A model generated the notes under the pieces. The model did no database searches and was not told where the DNA came from. It saw only the letters and a list, made by a program, of their open reading frames with translations. DNA of 63,729 nt, counting the filler, from Neoconidiobolus thromboides FSU 785 (taxonomy: Eukaryota > Fungi > Entomophthoromycota), in NCBI GenBank assembly GCA_025603075.1. It is 9 parts of 9 records of this genome, joined end to end, with 100 filler letters (N's around TTAATTAATTAA, not from the genome) between each part and the next. Parts side by side here need not be neighbours in the genome. Positions count along the whole stretch, not along the records: positions 37,608 to 54,708 come from MU626583.1; positions 54,809 to 60,251 come from MU626749.1; positions 60,352 to 62,470 come from MU626878.1; positions 62,571 to 63,729 come from MU627030.1; 5 more parts are not named here. One strand, written 5' to 3'. Of the stretch, positions 50,607-63,571 are shown piece after piece (within the stretch, counting starts at the first letter, position 1; the number at the start of each line of letters is the position of its first letter). A program made the position numbers and the translations under genes.

Positions 50607-51102
50607 AATTGATATGGGTTTATTTTTCAATCCAGTTTTATAAGAGGTTTTTAAATTTTAAGCTGCTTAAGAAATGACAAATCATGTAAGTTAAAAGTAC
50701 TTCTAAATATCAAATAAATTGTCACATATCTGATAAACTCACATTGAAATAACATAATATTTAATATGGGGTATATTTAAAAAAGGATTAAAGCTATAAA
50801 AAAGTTGCCCAATTTTTAGTTCAAATTTAAAAATATCATTATCTAACTTTGATCTACAACTAAACTGTATTTCTTTAACTTACCTTTTATCCGCAAAATT
50901 CGCAAAAAATTAAAAATAGAAAAAAAATTATGCCTTAGATTTCAACTAACCAATATCAACAATGCTAATTTCAGTGAGGAAGATTTATTGTTATATGGCC
51001 ACTCTTAGAATCATGTATAGATTGTTATAAATATTTGATTTATCAATTCGCTTTGTAAAGGTACCAAGTAAAGTATATATTCTTTAGTGTCTATGATAAA
51101 AG

Positions 51103-52725
51103 ATGTGGCAGTCACAAACAATAATTCAAACTAGGATTAGATCAGCGTGTGATGAATGTCATAGAACAAAAAGAGGATGTGATTTAACAATACCATCTTG
51201 TAGTGGGTGTAAAGAAAAAGAAGTAGTATGTACAAGAGATAGAAAAATCAAGAGAAAGCCAAGAATGTACAACAATGAGGACTTTCATTCAAAAACCTTC
51301 TTATTATCCCGGTCAACTAGAACTAAAAGGGAAGAAAGAGTTGAGGGTGAGGTAATTTTAAATCACAAATATTTTAGTCAGTTCATAATTTCTTCAAATG
51401 GTGCTCGGGTTAATTCTAATAACTCTATTGGCTCTTTCTTTCCCATTAAATTATTTCATTCTCCTGCTGTATTAGATGAAAACTTATATTCAATTTATAA
51501 GTTTGCTCCAAATCAATCCCTCAGTTTATTTTTTGATAAATTGCCTTCAATTGAGTCAAAATTTTCTATTGTAAAGGGAAGTATCAATGTTTACAATACT
51601 ATGTCACAACTTATAACTATTTATTTTCAAAGAATCAATATAATATTACCACTATTCACTTATAATCAATTCATAAGTAAAGAAAGAGATAAAATATTAA
51701 TTTATTCTATGATGTTAGTTGCTTTAGCTCGGAGTAAAGATAGAAAAAATTTATTGGACTTTGAAATATTTTTAAAGAATAAATTATTAAACTATTTCAA
51801 ACCAAGTCGATTGAAGATCAACTTAAGCAGCATTCAAACAATGATTATTTTATTGAACGGATTAAAAGGCAGTAGCTTGGCGCTACCATCTTATTATTTT
51901 TCAAACTTACACAATCATTGCATATTATTGGGTTTACATTTAAATCATAAGAATGATATTGAAAGAATGTTGTGTTATTCAGCAGCGGTATATTTACTCT
52001 CAGTTGATGACCCTTATTCTACTTTGCTATTTGATACTCATGACTTGTGGAAAAAAGAAAAGACAATATTAAAACTAAGTGAGAATGAATCAGTTGAAGT
52101 AATAATGCAATTAATAATATCAATCTACTCAAATTACTGTTATAAGTGCGGTTTGTATTACAAACATTATTTTGATCCTTTATTACACATCAATGTATTA
52201 AATATAACTAATGAAAAAACAATAAAGTTCAATCCTTTGTTACAAAAATTATTGGATTCTATTACTGAACGAGTAGTAAGTAAATTAGAAGCTATTAAAC
52301 AAGACGTTTCGAATAAAGTAGTAGGTAACATCATTAACATACTTATTGACCATATCAAAATAATTTATTACTCTAACTGGGTTGAGTTATATTGTATTAA
52401 GTGGGCAGCATTAGATAGCGACAAAGAAGATTTATTTATTGACTTTTCACTGAACAAGGAGCCAAAGGATTTATCTATTTTAGAAAAGAATATTCAGTTG
52501 TTTATTATTCATAACCATAATCTGAAATCAAAATATTATTCTTCAACTCGGTTCTTCGCCTATTTACTAATTATTTTTTGCATTAAAATTTATTCAAAGT
52601 GGATGCCCAATGCTTCTGAGTTATTGAATCAAGTATTGGATCAATTTAATAAGTTATCTAAAGATATTAATCCAAGCATAAAGTCGGTTATCAATCTCAT
52701 AGTCCAATTTGCTAAAAAGGATTGA
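51103..52725 (+). CDS. Zn2Cys6 transcription factor (array member 5, 540 aa)
   Basis: ACDECHRTKRGCDLTIPSCSGCKEKEVVC; same register as the other intact members. Confidence 0.93.
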   Translation: MWQSQTIIQTRIRSACDECHRTKRGCDLTIPSCSGCKEKEVVCTRDRKIKRKPRMYNNEDFHSKTFLLSRSTRTKREERVEGEVILNHKYFSQFIISSNGARVNSNNSIGSFFPIKLFHSPAVLDENLYSIYKFAPNQSLSLFFDKLPSIESKFSIVKGSINVYNTMSQLITIYFQRINIILPLFTYNQFISKERDKILIYSMMLVALARSKDRKNLLDFEIFLKNKLLNYFKPSRLKINLSSIQTMIILLNGLKGSSLALPSYYFSNLHNHCILLGLHLNHKNDIERMLCYSAAVYLLSVDDPYSTLLFDTHDLWKKEKTILKLSENESVEVIMQLIISIYSNYCYKCGLYYKHYFDPLLHINVLNITNEKTIKFNPLLQKLLDSITERVVSKLEAIKQDVSNKVVGNIINILIDHIKIIYYSNWVELYCIKWAALDSDKEDLFIDFSLNKEPKDLSILEKNIQLFIIHNHNLKSKYYSSTRFFAYLLIIFCIKIYSKWMPNASELLNQVLDQFNKLSKDINPSIKSVINLIVQFAKKD

Positions 52726-53703
52726 AGTCATTTTTGGCACGCTTTCATAAGGATTTAATATTCCCCCTGTTCTTAAAAATCATAAAAGCAACAATTTTTT
52801 GGCGTTTGCCTAACATGGCAGTATTTTGTTCCTTTAAATATCAGAAGGTGTATCTATGAGGTAAATCTAGGAAAGAAGAAAGAACAGTTAGTCAAATCTT
52901 AGCCTGAGAAACGGGCTGTGAAGGAATCAGTTATCAGACTAGGAAGCTAGATGTAAATCGACAGTATTAATTAACTATTTAATTATTTTAAAAAGCACTT
53001 AGCCTTAATTTTCGCTAGGGTAGTGGACAAAAGTGTGTCCATATTTATTAGTTAGTATTTTAGAAATTTTAAAGTAAAATAAATTAAAAAATTATATTTA
53101 TAGAGTAATAATTCAATCTTATTTTAAAGTCATCTAAATTACATCTTTAGTATATTTGATGTAATTTTTGATATTTTTATCATTGATATAAGTTTGAACA
53201 AAATCCATAATTAAAGTTCATAGTATGTTGTACTATGATCGAATTTATTTAACTTGGCTATTAGGAAAAACCTGCTGAAAGACATGCAGTGGAAAGCTTT
53301 TTGGAGTAATAGTAAATATAGTACTATTACATTAATAGATAATCTATAATTTTATACACCTCCTGTCTTAAAAATTGAATAAATTAATAAAAAAACTTTG
53401 ATAGCAATTGAATCCAAAGGTAAATAAAAACAAAATACTATTATGAAAAACATGATGTCATTAATCATAATTGAATTAATTTTATTATAGTGTGTTTTAT
53501 TTTTGTTTACTTTAGATTTAACTATTATCAAGGAAATCTTATATCAGTTTGGTCAAATATTAAAAAATGCATGTATAATATTGAAAATCCTGTACCCTGT
53601 ATGCTTTTGATTTATAAAACAGGATAAAATTTTTAGGACTTTAGCATTCATTTGAGGCAAGATTAGCTTAATTTTGAAATATGTTTTGGGAAAATGGCCT
53701 TAC

Positions 53704-53807
53704 ATATGGGGATATATTTTATGTTTAACAATTTTATTAACAATTTTTCCGCTCAAATAGTGCTTAGAGGATGGAAAAGGTAATGAGCCAAAAAAACATA
53801 CCCATAT
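53704..53807 (+). mobile_element. MITE family A
   Basis: ATATGGGGATATATTTTATGTTTAAC...TTTTTCCGCTCAAATAGTGCTTAG...AAAAAAACATACCCATAT. Confidence 0.88.
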
Positions 53808-53983
53808 TAATATCATTGAATCAGCAAGTTATTTTAAAAAATGACTTATGATTAACAAAGCTTTCTAAGCATGAAGATTGTACTTAAATACAAAGTTAAT
53901 TGATATAACTCTTAGTAATATTAGTCTACACTATTAAAAACTAAACCTTCAACTCTATATCTTTTCAGTTTTAATAAGCGAGG

Positions 53984-54708
53984 ATGAATGTGATAACACT
54001 TTAATAAAGCTAGGATTAGACAAGCATGCGATCAATGTTACAAAGGTAAAAGGCAATGTAATTTATCAGTACCTATTTGTAGTTATTGTAAAAAACAAGG
54101 AAAGGTATGTACAGGGGAACGAAAAAGTAATAGAAGAGCAAAGGTATATAATGATGAAGAAATTCACTCAAAGACATTTTCATCATCTCAATCAAATAAA
54201 GCAAGGAGAGAAATTATTTTTAAGAGCACCATAATTTTAAACCATAGGTATTTTGGTCAGTCTAAAATTCGAGCGGGTGGAAATCGATCTGATTCTAATA
54301 CCTCCATTGCCTCTTTTTTCCCCATCAAAATGTTTCATTCTCCTGTTATGTTTGATCAAAGCTCTTATTCCTTTTATAATGTTGCTCCAAATCAATATCT
54401 CAATTCATTTTTTAATAAACTGCCATCAGTTAAGTCAGAATCTACTGCTATAAAAAGTAGCGTTAGCATTTGTAATATAATGCCACAACTTATAACTCTT
54501 TATTTTCAGAGATATAACACGTTACTACCATTATTCACTTATAATCAATTTATAAATAAGAAAAGAGACAAGATGTTAATTTATTCTATTATGTTAGTTA
54601 GCTTAACTGCGACCAATGATAGTCAAGATTTGCTGAACTTGAAAGTATTTTTAAAAGATAAGCTATTAGAACATTTCCAACCGAGTAAGTTAAAAATTAG
54701 CTTAAGTA
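53984..54708 (+). CDS. Zn2Cys6 array member 6, 5' half (gap-truncated); one frameshift right after the ATG, either real or a homopolymer error
   Basis: ATG 53984 MNVITL, then a frameshift into NKARIRQACDQCYKGKRQCNLSVPICSYCKKQGKVC...FPIKMFHSP...FQPSKLKISLS up to the gap. Confidence 0.8.
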
Positions 54709-54808
54709 NNNNNNNNNNNNNNNNNNNNNNNNNNNNNNNNNNNNNNNNNNNNTTAATTAATTAANNNNNNNNNNNNNNNNNNNNNNNNNNNNNNNNNNNN
54801 NNNNNNNN

Positions 54809-55630
54809 CAGCATATAAATTTGATATTGATCAAGTGGATTTAGTACCTTATTTAAATATTGGAGAATGTCGCTTTTTGGAAGTTGGACAAAGTGAAGAG
54901 AACACAAAATATGAAAGACATCAAATATTTCTTAAGAAGGTTGTAGCTATTAATTTATTTATTATCCAACATACCTTAAACATTAAACACAAAAAAAAAG
55001 AGTTAATATCAATAATAAAAAATGAAGAGGTAAAGTTGTCATCATCTGAGTTTAATCAACAGAATACAATATTAATGAGTTTAAATTTGGAATTGAACAA
55101 TAATAAAATAGTAAACAAGAACACTCAATTAAATGTTTATAATTATTTCCAATTATTAGTTAATACTTCATTGATTTTATTATACTATCCAATATTACAA
55201 TTAATACCTAAACCAGTGAAATTTTCAAAAGAAGAAAATGAACTTTTACTTAATTTAGTTGATATGTCATTTGAAATAATATTTAAATCAGATAATAAAG
55301 ATAGTACAATAAATGAAGTTGATAATCCATTAACTGAAATAAAAGTACTTATTGCTGGTATTGAAAAGAAACAAACTATTATTTCATGTGCTCAATTTAA
55401 AGTATTAGTTTTTGTTTATTGGAATCAGTTTCATTATAACTGGGAATAATATTAATTTATTACAAGATAACAAGACGATTTTAAAAGTAGTCAAATTGAT
55501 GGAAAAAGAAAGTAAAGATAAAATGTACGAAGAGGTTGAGATAACATTGTTATAGTTAAAGAATACATTAAATAGGTTTTTATTACCTTTGGAATATGCT
55601 AATATGGTTCAACAGATATTGAATAGGTAA
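54809..55630 (+). pseudogene. 3' part of a helical protein, possibly a fungal TF C-terminal region. First 590 bp identical to the 59401-60251 gene; the tail is diverged and broken
   Basis: Open frame from the gap to 55449. Downstream KTILKVVKLMEKESK...LL*LKNTLNRFLLPLEYANMVQQILNR* is homologous to the tail of 59401 but frameshifted and contains a stop. Confidence 0.6.
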
Positions 55631-55715
55631 AAGTTGGTTATAAAACTTAAGCAAAATAATGATAATAATAAACAACTTATTATAAAGTGTAACCTAATTT
55701 TAATAATTTTCTATT

Positions 55716-56896
55716 TTAATCTTCCATTTCATTCTCATCCTTTTCTTTATTTTTTAATCCTTTTGTAAGTACTTGAGTTACTAAACTGTATTGTTGGAAA
55801 CAAGTATCTAAACATTTATGCATACCCTATAAAGTAGAATATTAAATAAATACACTATAAAAAACCAATAAAGCTAATAATAACAAACTTACACTTCTAG
55901 TTAATTGTAAATCTAAAGGTAAGCCTTCCACAATAAAATGATTAATTAAATTTAATGAAGGCATAACAGCTAACATCATTTTTGAATCAGATATTAAATC
56001 ATCTTCTTTAAAATTACCATCAATTAACATAACATCTTTTTGAAATACCTATACATAATAAAATAAAAAATTAAACAAATTGATCATATTAATACAATGT
56101 TTCCTAATTAAAACTCCATTATCTTAATTCTATTTTGACTTAAACTAAGTTAAAATTAAAATACATTAAAAACTTACTGCTGAACTACCAATAACTAGAT
56201 CAACCATTTCAATACCAGCTGTAGTTAAAGCTATTGAGGCAGCTGTAATTGCATTAGCTAAACAGCTCATAGTACCATCATTTTGTAATATAGTAATAAA
56301 TAATTCAATTGTTGATTTTGGATATCTATCTAATCGAATAGCTGGAGATAAACTTTGCTCAATAATTTTTGAAACTTCTTTTTGTTTTTCAGTCTAAAAA
56401 GAAAAAGTGAGTTAGTTATGATCATCAAATGAGTTGAGATGATCAAAATTTACTGGTTGATGAGGTTGACGAGTTTTTTTTGAGAAGGAAGCATACTTTA
56501 ATTCACAAGTTAATGAAGCAGATGATGAAAATAACTGCTTTTTTTGTTGTCTTGGACCATAGCTATTAAACAGAATAAAAGTTAATATAATTAATAGAAT
56601 AGAAATTTAGTAATTAAATAGTTACACAGAACAAATCAGTTTTGTATTTCCGCTTTCGATAAAACAAGAACCTTTGGCTTGAGGAATTAAATTTGTTTTA
56701 ATAACTATAAAAATCAATTAACATTAATTTAAATTTTATTAATATAACTGTAAATAATTTATTTACAAGGTAGTCGAAATTGATCGAAATTTCTATTGTC
56801 TTCTCTTTTATTAAAATCAATTGAATTATCTAATTCTTCTTTTTTATAATAAGGTGCTACACTAAGTTCAGGCCCAGTTATACGTCTACGATCCAT
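55716..56896 (-). CDS. MTR3: Exosome core RNase PH-like subunit (Mtr3/EXOSC6-like), multi-exon
   Basis: MDRRRITGPE start, [43 protein letters not shown] and AITAASIALTTAGIEMVDL. Rrp41 is the alternative assignment. Confidence 0.8.
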
Positions 56897-57185
56897 TTTC
56901 TCAAAACAAAAATTTAAAGAGTAAAATTCAATAAATTTATAAAACTTCAATTGGTTTTGCAATTAATTTGCTTTTTTATTGCAAAAAGTGAATGAATTAT
57001 TTCAAAAATAAAATACTAAAAATATTCTAATTAATATATATCCATTTATTAAATTCTAACTATATCAAACTTAACTTTCCTTTTTAAATCAAAAAAGAAA
57101 GCTTCTACTCAACAATAATCAAAACTCAACGACACCTCTATAATATTTTCCCCTCACCTCTACTAATCTTATTCTTTTTAAAACT

Positions 57186-58846
<1,661 letters not shown>

Positions 58847-59400
58847 TATGTGATCGTCTTTCAATTACTATGATTTAGTTGCTAATTGCTATTATTGCTA
58901 TCGTTAACTAGTAGCTTATCGATTATCTAAAATCTAAAGAATAAAAAATATAATCTATCTAATCTGAAAAAATAAGATAGTTTTTGAATGTTATTCATTT
59001 TGACCCAATAAAATTGGAAATTCAAGTCCATATGCTAGATAAAGAGTAAATTTTAACAACCTAAAATTAATAATCCGTATTTTGAATTAAAATAAAAACT
59101 AAATAATATCATGTTATATTTCAAAATTCCATCTTTTATTTTATTAGAATAATTTTATTTCATTATTTTGCAGCTCTTTGATTTCTGATTCTTTTTAAAT
59201 TCATTTTAAAATAAACTTATCTAAAAAAATTCAATTTTTTATTATTACTTGATAATCAGTAAAGATATCAAGGTAACTTTAATTCAATTATCTAAAAATA
59301 TTTATGAAAATCTTATTTTAGTTGAATTGAATTTATTAAAAAGGTTTCGTTTCTAAATAACTATACTTTATTAACTATACTTTTATTAAAAAAATCCTCT

Positions 59401-60251
59401 TTAATTGTTCATTACGTTGTTAACTTTTTCCACATAATCTAATGGTAATTGAAATCTATTTAATGCCCTATTAAGTTCTATTAAACTTAATCTTGCATCA
59501 TTACGTACTTCTTTTTTACTCTTGATACTCACTTGCTTAATCACATTTAAAATTGTTAAACTACGTTCTTTGCAATTATTTGTTATTTCGTTATATCCCA
59601 CACCTACTTCCTCATCTTTCAGTATATAAATAATATTCCAATAGACATAAATAAAAATAGCAAATTGAGCACATGAAATAATAGTTTGTTTCTTTTCAAT
59701 ACCAGCAATAAGTACTTTTATTTCAGTTAATGGATTATCAACTTCATTTATTGTACTATCTTTATTATCTGATTTAAATATTATTTCAAATGACATATCA
59801 ACTAAATTAAGTAAAAGTTCATTTTCTTCTTTTGAAAATTTCACTGGTTTAGGTATTAATTGTAATATTGGATAGTATAATAAAATCAATGAAGTATTAA
59901 CTAATAATTGGAAATAATTATAAACATTTAATTGAGTGTTCTTGTTTACTATTTTATTATTGTTCAATTCCAAATTTAAACTCATTAATATTGTATTCTG
60001 TTGATTAAACTCAGATGATGACAACTTTACCTCTTCATTTTTTATTATTGATATTAACTCTTTTTTTTTGTGTTTAATGTTTAAGGTATGTTGGATAATA
60101 AATAAATTAATAGCTACAACCTTCTTAAGAAATATTTGATGTCTTTCATATTTTGTGTTCTCTTCACTTTGTCCAACTTCCAAAAAGCGACATTCTCCAA
60201 TATTTAAATAAGGTACTAAATCCACTTGATCAATATCAAATTTATATGCTG
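59401..60251 (-). CDS. 3' part of a helical protein, possibly a fungal TF C-terminal region; 5' part in the gap
   Basis: Frame is open from the gap edge (AYKFDIDQVDLVP...) to TAA at 59401. No recognisable catalytic motif. Confidence 0.65.
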
Positions 60252-60351
60252 NNNNNNNNNNNNNNNNNNNNNNNNNNNNNNNNNNNNNNNNNNNNTTAAT
60301 TAATTAANNNNNNNNNNNNNNNNNNNNNNNNNNNNNNNNNNNNNNNNNNNN

Positions 60352-60719
60352 ATATCATAGTTTAATCCACCAGTTAAACAATCTCCATAAACACTCTTCA
60401 ATACTACCCAGTCTCTGTCATTGTAGGATACTGAAAATTGACAATGGCCACCATTATGCATAGCGCCGCCAGAAATTTGTACAGGAACAGTTTCCCCAGC
60501 ATTAACATCATAGGATGATGGGCCTTTAATATAACCACGGCAAGGATATGGGCGCTCGGCACCAAGTGGCGAAGTATAAGAATAATCAAATTCGGATTCA
60601 GGATAATTTTTGTTATGTTTAGATTTTCTTGGAGGAGGGTTAGTCATTTCCATATGAGAAGTAACTTGATGCACAGCACCAAGGAAAAATAAAATGGCAG
60701 ATAGTTTGTTTGAAATCAT
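60352..60719 (-). CDS. AA11-like lytic polysaccharide monooxygenase, N-terminal part (rest in the gap)
   Basis: Signal peptide ending VTS, then His1 of HMEMTNPPPR. Also SPLG..PYPCRGY, GGAMHNGGHCQFS and WVVLKSVYGDC. Confidence 0.8.
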
Positions 60720-61141
60720 ATTAGTTATTTGAATTTGTATCAATTTGGTATTAAAGTACTTGTCAAAAGTCTTAGTAAAGTTTTTGTTCATTTTTTAATT
60801 TACATACGCCTCTTTTATACCTTTTTGATTTATGGAATTATTATCATCTATGGTTGCTAGAGTTAAACATAATATTAATTTTAATGAATTTAAGAATCTT
60901 TTTTTTCTTAATATAGTTTTTTTGTTTTGCCAATATATTAACTGTCCTTGATTTATGGAACTTTTGAGCATATTTTGCTAAAGTGAAAAATAAAACCCAG
61001 AAGTTAATTAATTTTTGATAGATTCAGCCAAGCTTTAATAACTCAATATTTAATAAAACTTTACACCTGTAATACATGGGTTATGAATATTCATTGATGT
61101 GATGTTGCTTATTTAAATGATGCGATATAATTTAACCTAAG

Positions 61142-61249
61142 TATATGAGGATGTTTTTTTGGCTTCATCACTTTTTCCATCTTTTAAGCACTGTTTGAAT
61201 AGAAAATTTGTTAGTAAAATTCTTAAACACAAAAATATATTCCTATATA
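61142..61249 (-). mobile_element. MITE family A
   Basis: TATATGAGGATGTTTTTTTGGCTTCATCACT...TTCTTAAACACAAAAATATATTCCTATATA. Confidence 0.88.
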
Positions 61250-61717
61250 TTTATGTTCTTAAAGCTTACTATCAAATCAGAACTTAATAAAACCATATTA
61301 AATTTAATGCTAAATTTGAAATAGAACCTACAAAAACCATAAACTTATATGTTACATACTATCTATTGTAATATATAGAATATGTTTATAACATCAAATT
61401 TTTATAAAATTATCTTAATACTGTATAGCCTAACAAGCAACCTTTTAATACTGTTTGTTTTACTATATTAAGCCCTTTTATGTAATGAATTCTGATTTAA
61501 ATGTCCAAAGCGGAATTAGTTAATTAAATTGATTTTTTATGTTGGTTTTTCTATCAGAGGCATATTATTATATAGTAATAAGCCTTGAATGATATATATT
61601 TTATCTATACTTAAAGTTAATGTACAGTTTTTAAAAACTATGCTAATATAAACAAACATATTTAATATAATTATACAATTTAAACTTCACTTAACCATAA
61701 TGCTTGTGTATTTCCAA

Positions 61718-61824
61718 TATATAGGAGTGTTTTTTTGGCTTCATTACTTTTTTTATCTTTTAAGCATTATTTGAGCGGAAAAATTATTAGCAAAATTCTT
61801 AAACACAAAAATACATCCCCAATA
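61718..61824 (-). mobile_element. MITE family A
   Basis: TATATAGGAGTGTTTTTTTGGCTTCATTAC...TTGAGCGGAAAAATT...ATACATCCCC. Confidence 0.88.
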
Positions 61825-61835
61825 AACAAAGATAT

Positions 61836-62692
61836 GGGGTTGTCGGAATTAGAGTTTCATTATTTTATCCAATTTTTGAAAAATTTTGTATTTTAAAAAC
61901 TTCGCTTAAAATTCTATAAAATCAAATCTTTTATTAAAACAAAAGTACCCGGACATAGTTCTAAATCATTCTATTATAGTTCATACTGTAAGTTAGTTGA
62001 AATTCTAGATCTTAAATACATATTGTTATAAAACTTTATTGAGAAATATTTATTATCAACTGCTTTATAACCAACATTGCAGATTTGTTATCAAATAAAT
62101 AAACTATTTTAATGTTATAATTACATTATTAATATATTACCAAGTTAATAAATAGCTGCATAGGAGGGAGTGGTTAGCTCCAAAACTATAATTAACCATC
62201 TCTATATAGTACAAGTAATAATAGTTTTTACATATTATTACAGTTACTTATTCTTTGACTATTTATCAACTTAGCTATTAATAACTTAAGTAATGTTAAA
62301 ATTTAATAAGCTATTTGTATCATTTAACAAACCACTTGCTTGCTTAGTAAATATCGAAATTTTTAAATTCTCTGCTATCTTCGTAAGGTAAGCTGGGATC
62401 GATCTTTTAATTTTTCTGTTTTCTATAGACTCTATAACTTTAATTGGAACTATATCGCTTTTTTTGATGTNNNNNNNNNNNNNNNNNNNNNNNNNNNNNN
62501 NNNNNNNNNNNNNNTTAATTAATTAANNNNNNNNNNNNNNNNNNNNNNNNNNNNNNNNNNNNNNNNNNNNTACATACTATTCTTTATAAATTAAGTCTAT
62601 CTTAGTTACATAAACTAAGGTCTTTCGACTTAGAACCAATCAATCAATCAAGAACTACTTTTGACCCTAATCACTAAGTACCAGATTTCATA
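61836..62692 (-). mobile_element. Second copy of the Sola-like element (right end, gap, internal segment)
   Basis: 61836-62470 is a diverged reverse complement of ~8995-9625, including the transposase 3' end. 62571-62692 matches ~7487-7610. Confidence 0.8.
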
Positions 62693-63237
62693 ATATTAAA
62701 ATTCAATTTGATACTAATTTTATTTATTAATATTAAAATTTCAACCTTAGTTTTAACTACTTTATTTTAATTATTTTAACTTTAACTGTCTTAAACCTAA
62801 CTTTGATTCTACTTTTAACTTAACATAATTATAATAATTAAATTTATAGCAATAAAAATATTAACAAAGTTATTTGTGATTAACTTTTGCATTATATTAA
62901 AGATAAAATATTATCTATAATATATTTTCAAATGTAATTTTACTGATAATTCCTTAAGTATAATTAGAGTATACGTTTTATACTAATTATTAAAATTCTA
63001 TTTATAAAAATATTAGCTTCTAAAAATTAGTATTGTTGAATTGTTTTTGAATTTTTAAAAAAATGATATCTTTAAATGGTTTATAAATAAATATAAAGAT
63101 ATGAAACCTTGGTATGTTAAATTCAAAAAGTTATATTTCGAATATGTATTATTATAAATTTACATATAACTTATATACAAATTTTCATCATGAAACTTAA
63201 CTACTTTTCTGGTAAAAATTATTAAGAGTTTTTGAAA

Positions 63238-63342
63238 ATATGGGAATGTTTTTTTAACTTATTACTTTTTCCATCTTTTAAGCACTACCTGAGTGAAAAA
63301 TTGTTAGTAAAATTCTTAAATACAAAAATACATCCCCATATA
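63238..63342 (-). mobile_element. MITE family A
   Basis: AATATGGGAATGTTTTTTTAACTTATTAC...AAATACAAAAATACATCCCCATATA. Confidence 0.9.
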
Positions 63343-63571
63343 ATGTTTTAATTATACAATTTTTTGAAATATTGATAAATTTTTTTATCATTAAATTAAT
63401 AAATCAAAAAAAGCAAATATATTTCAAACATGCGTATTTATTTTATATTCAGTTTCAGATTTCAGTACTTATTATTAAATAGTTATAGCCTTTTTAAAAC
63501 GGTTATAAAAACCGTGTCTACTCTGTAAAAGTAAGAAAAAGATATCTATGCTTAATTAAGACAATTTTTTT

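Noticed and set aside
50764-50800. ATATGGGGTATATTT upstream of TF member 5 as another MITE end (also TATATGGGGCCAC at 3084)
   Set aside because: Only the first few bases match; there is no internal MITE sequence or partner end.
54709-54835. Reading ORF 54835 as the continuation of Zn2Cys6 member 6 across the gap
   Set aside because: Its sequence does not align with residues 245-540 of the array members; it is a different protein.
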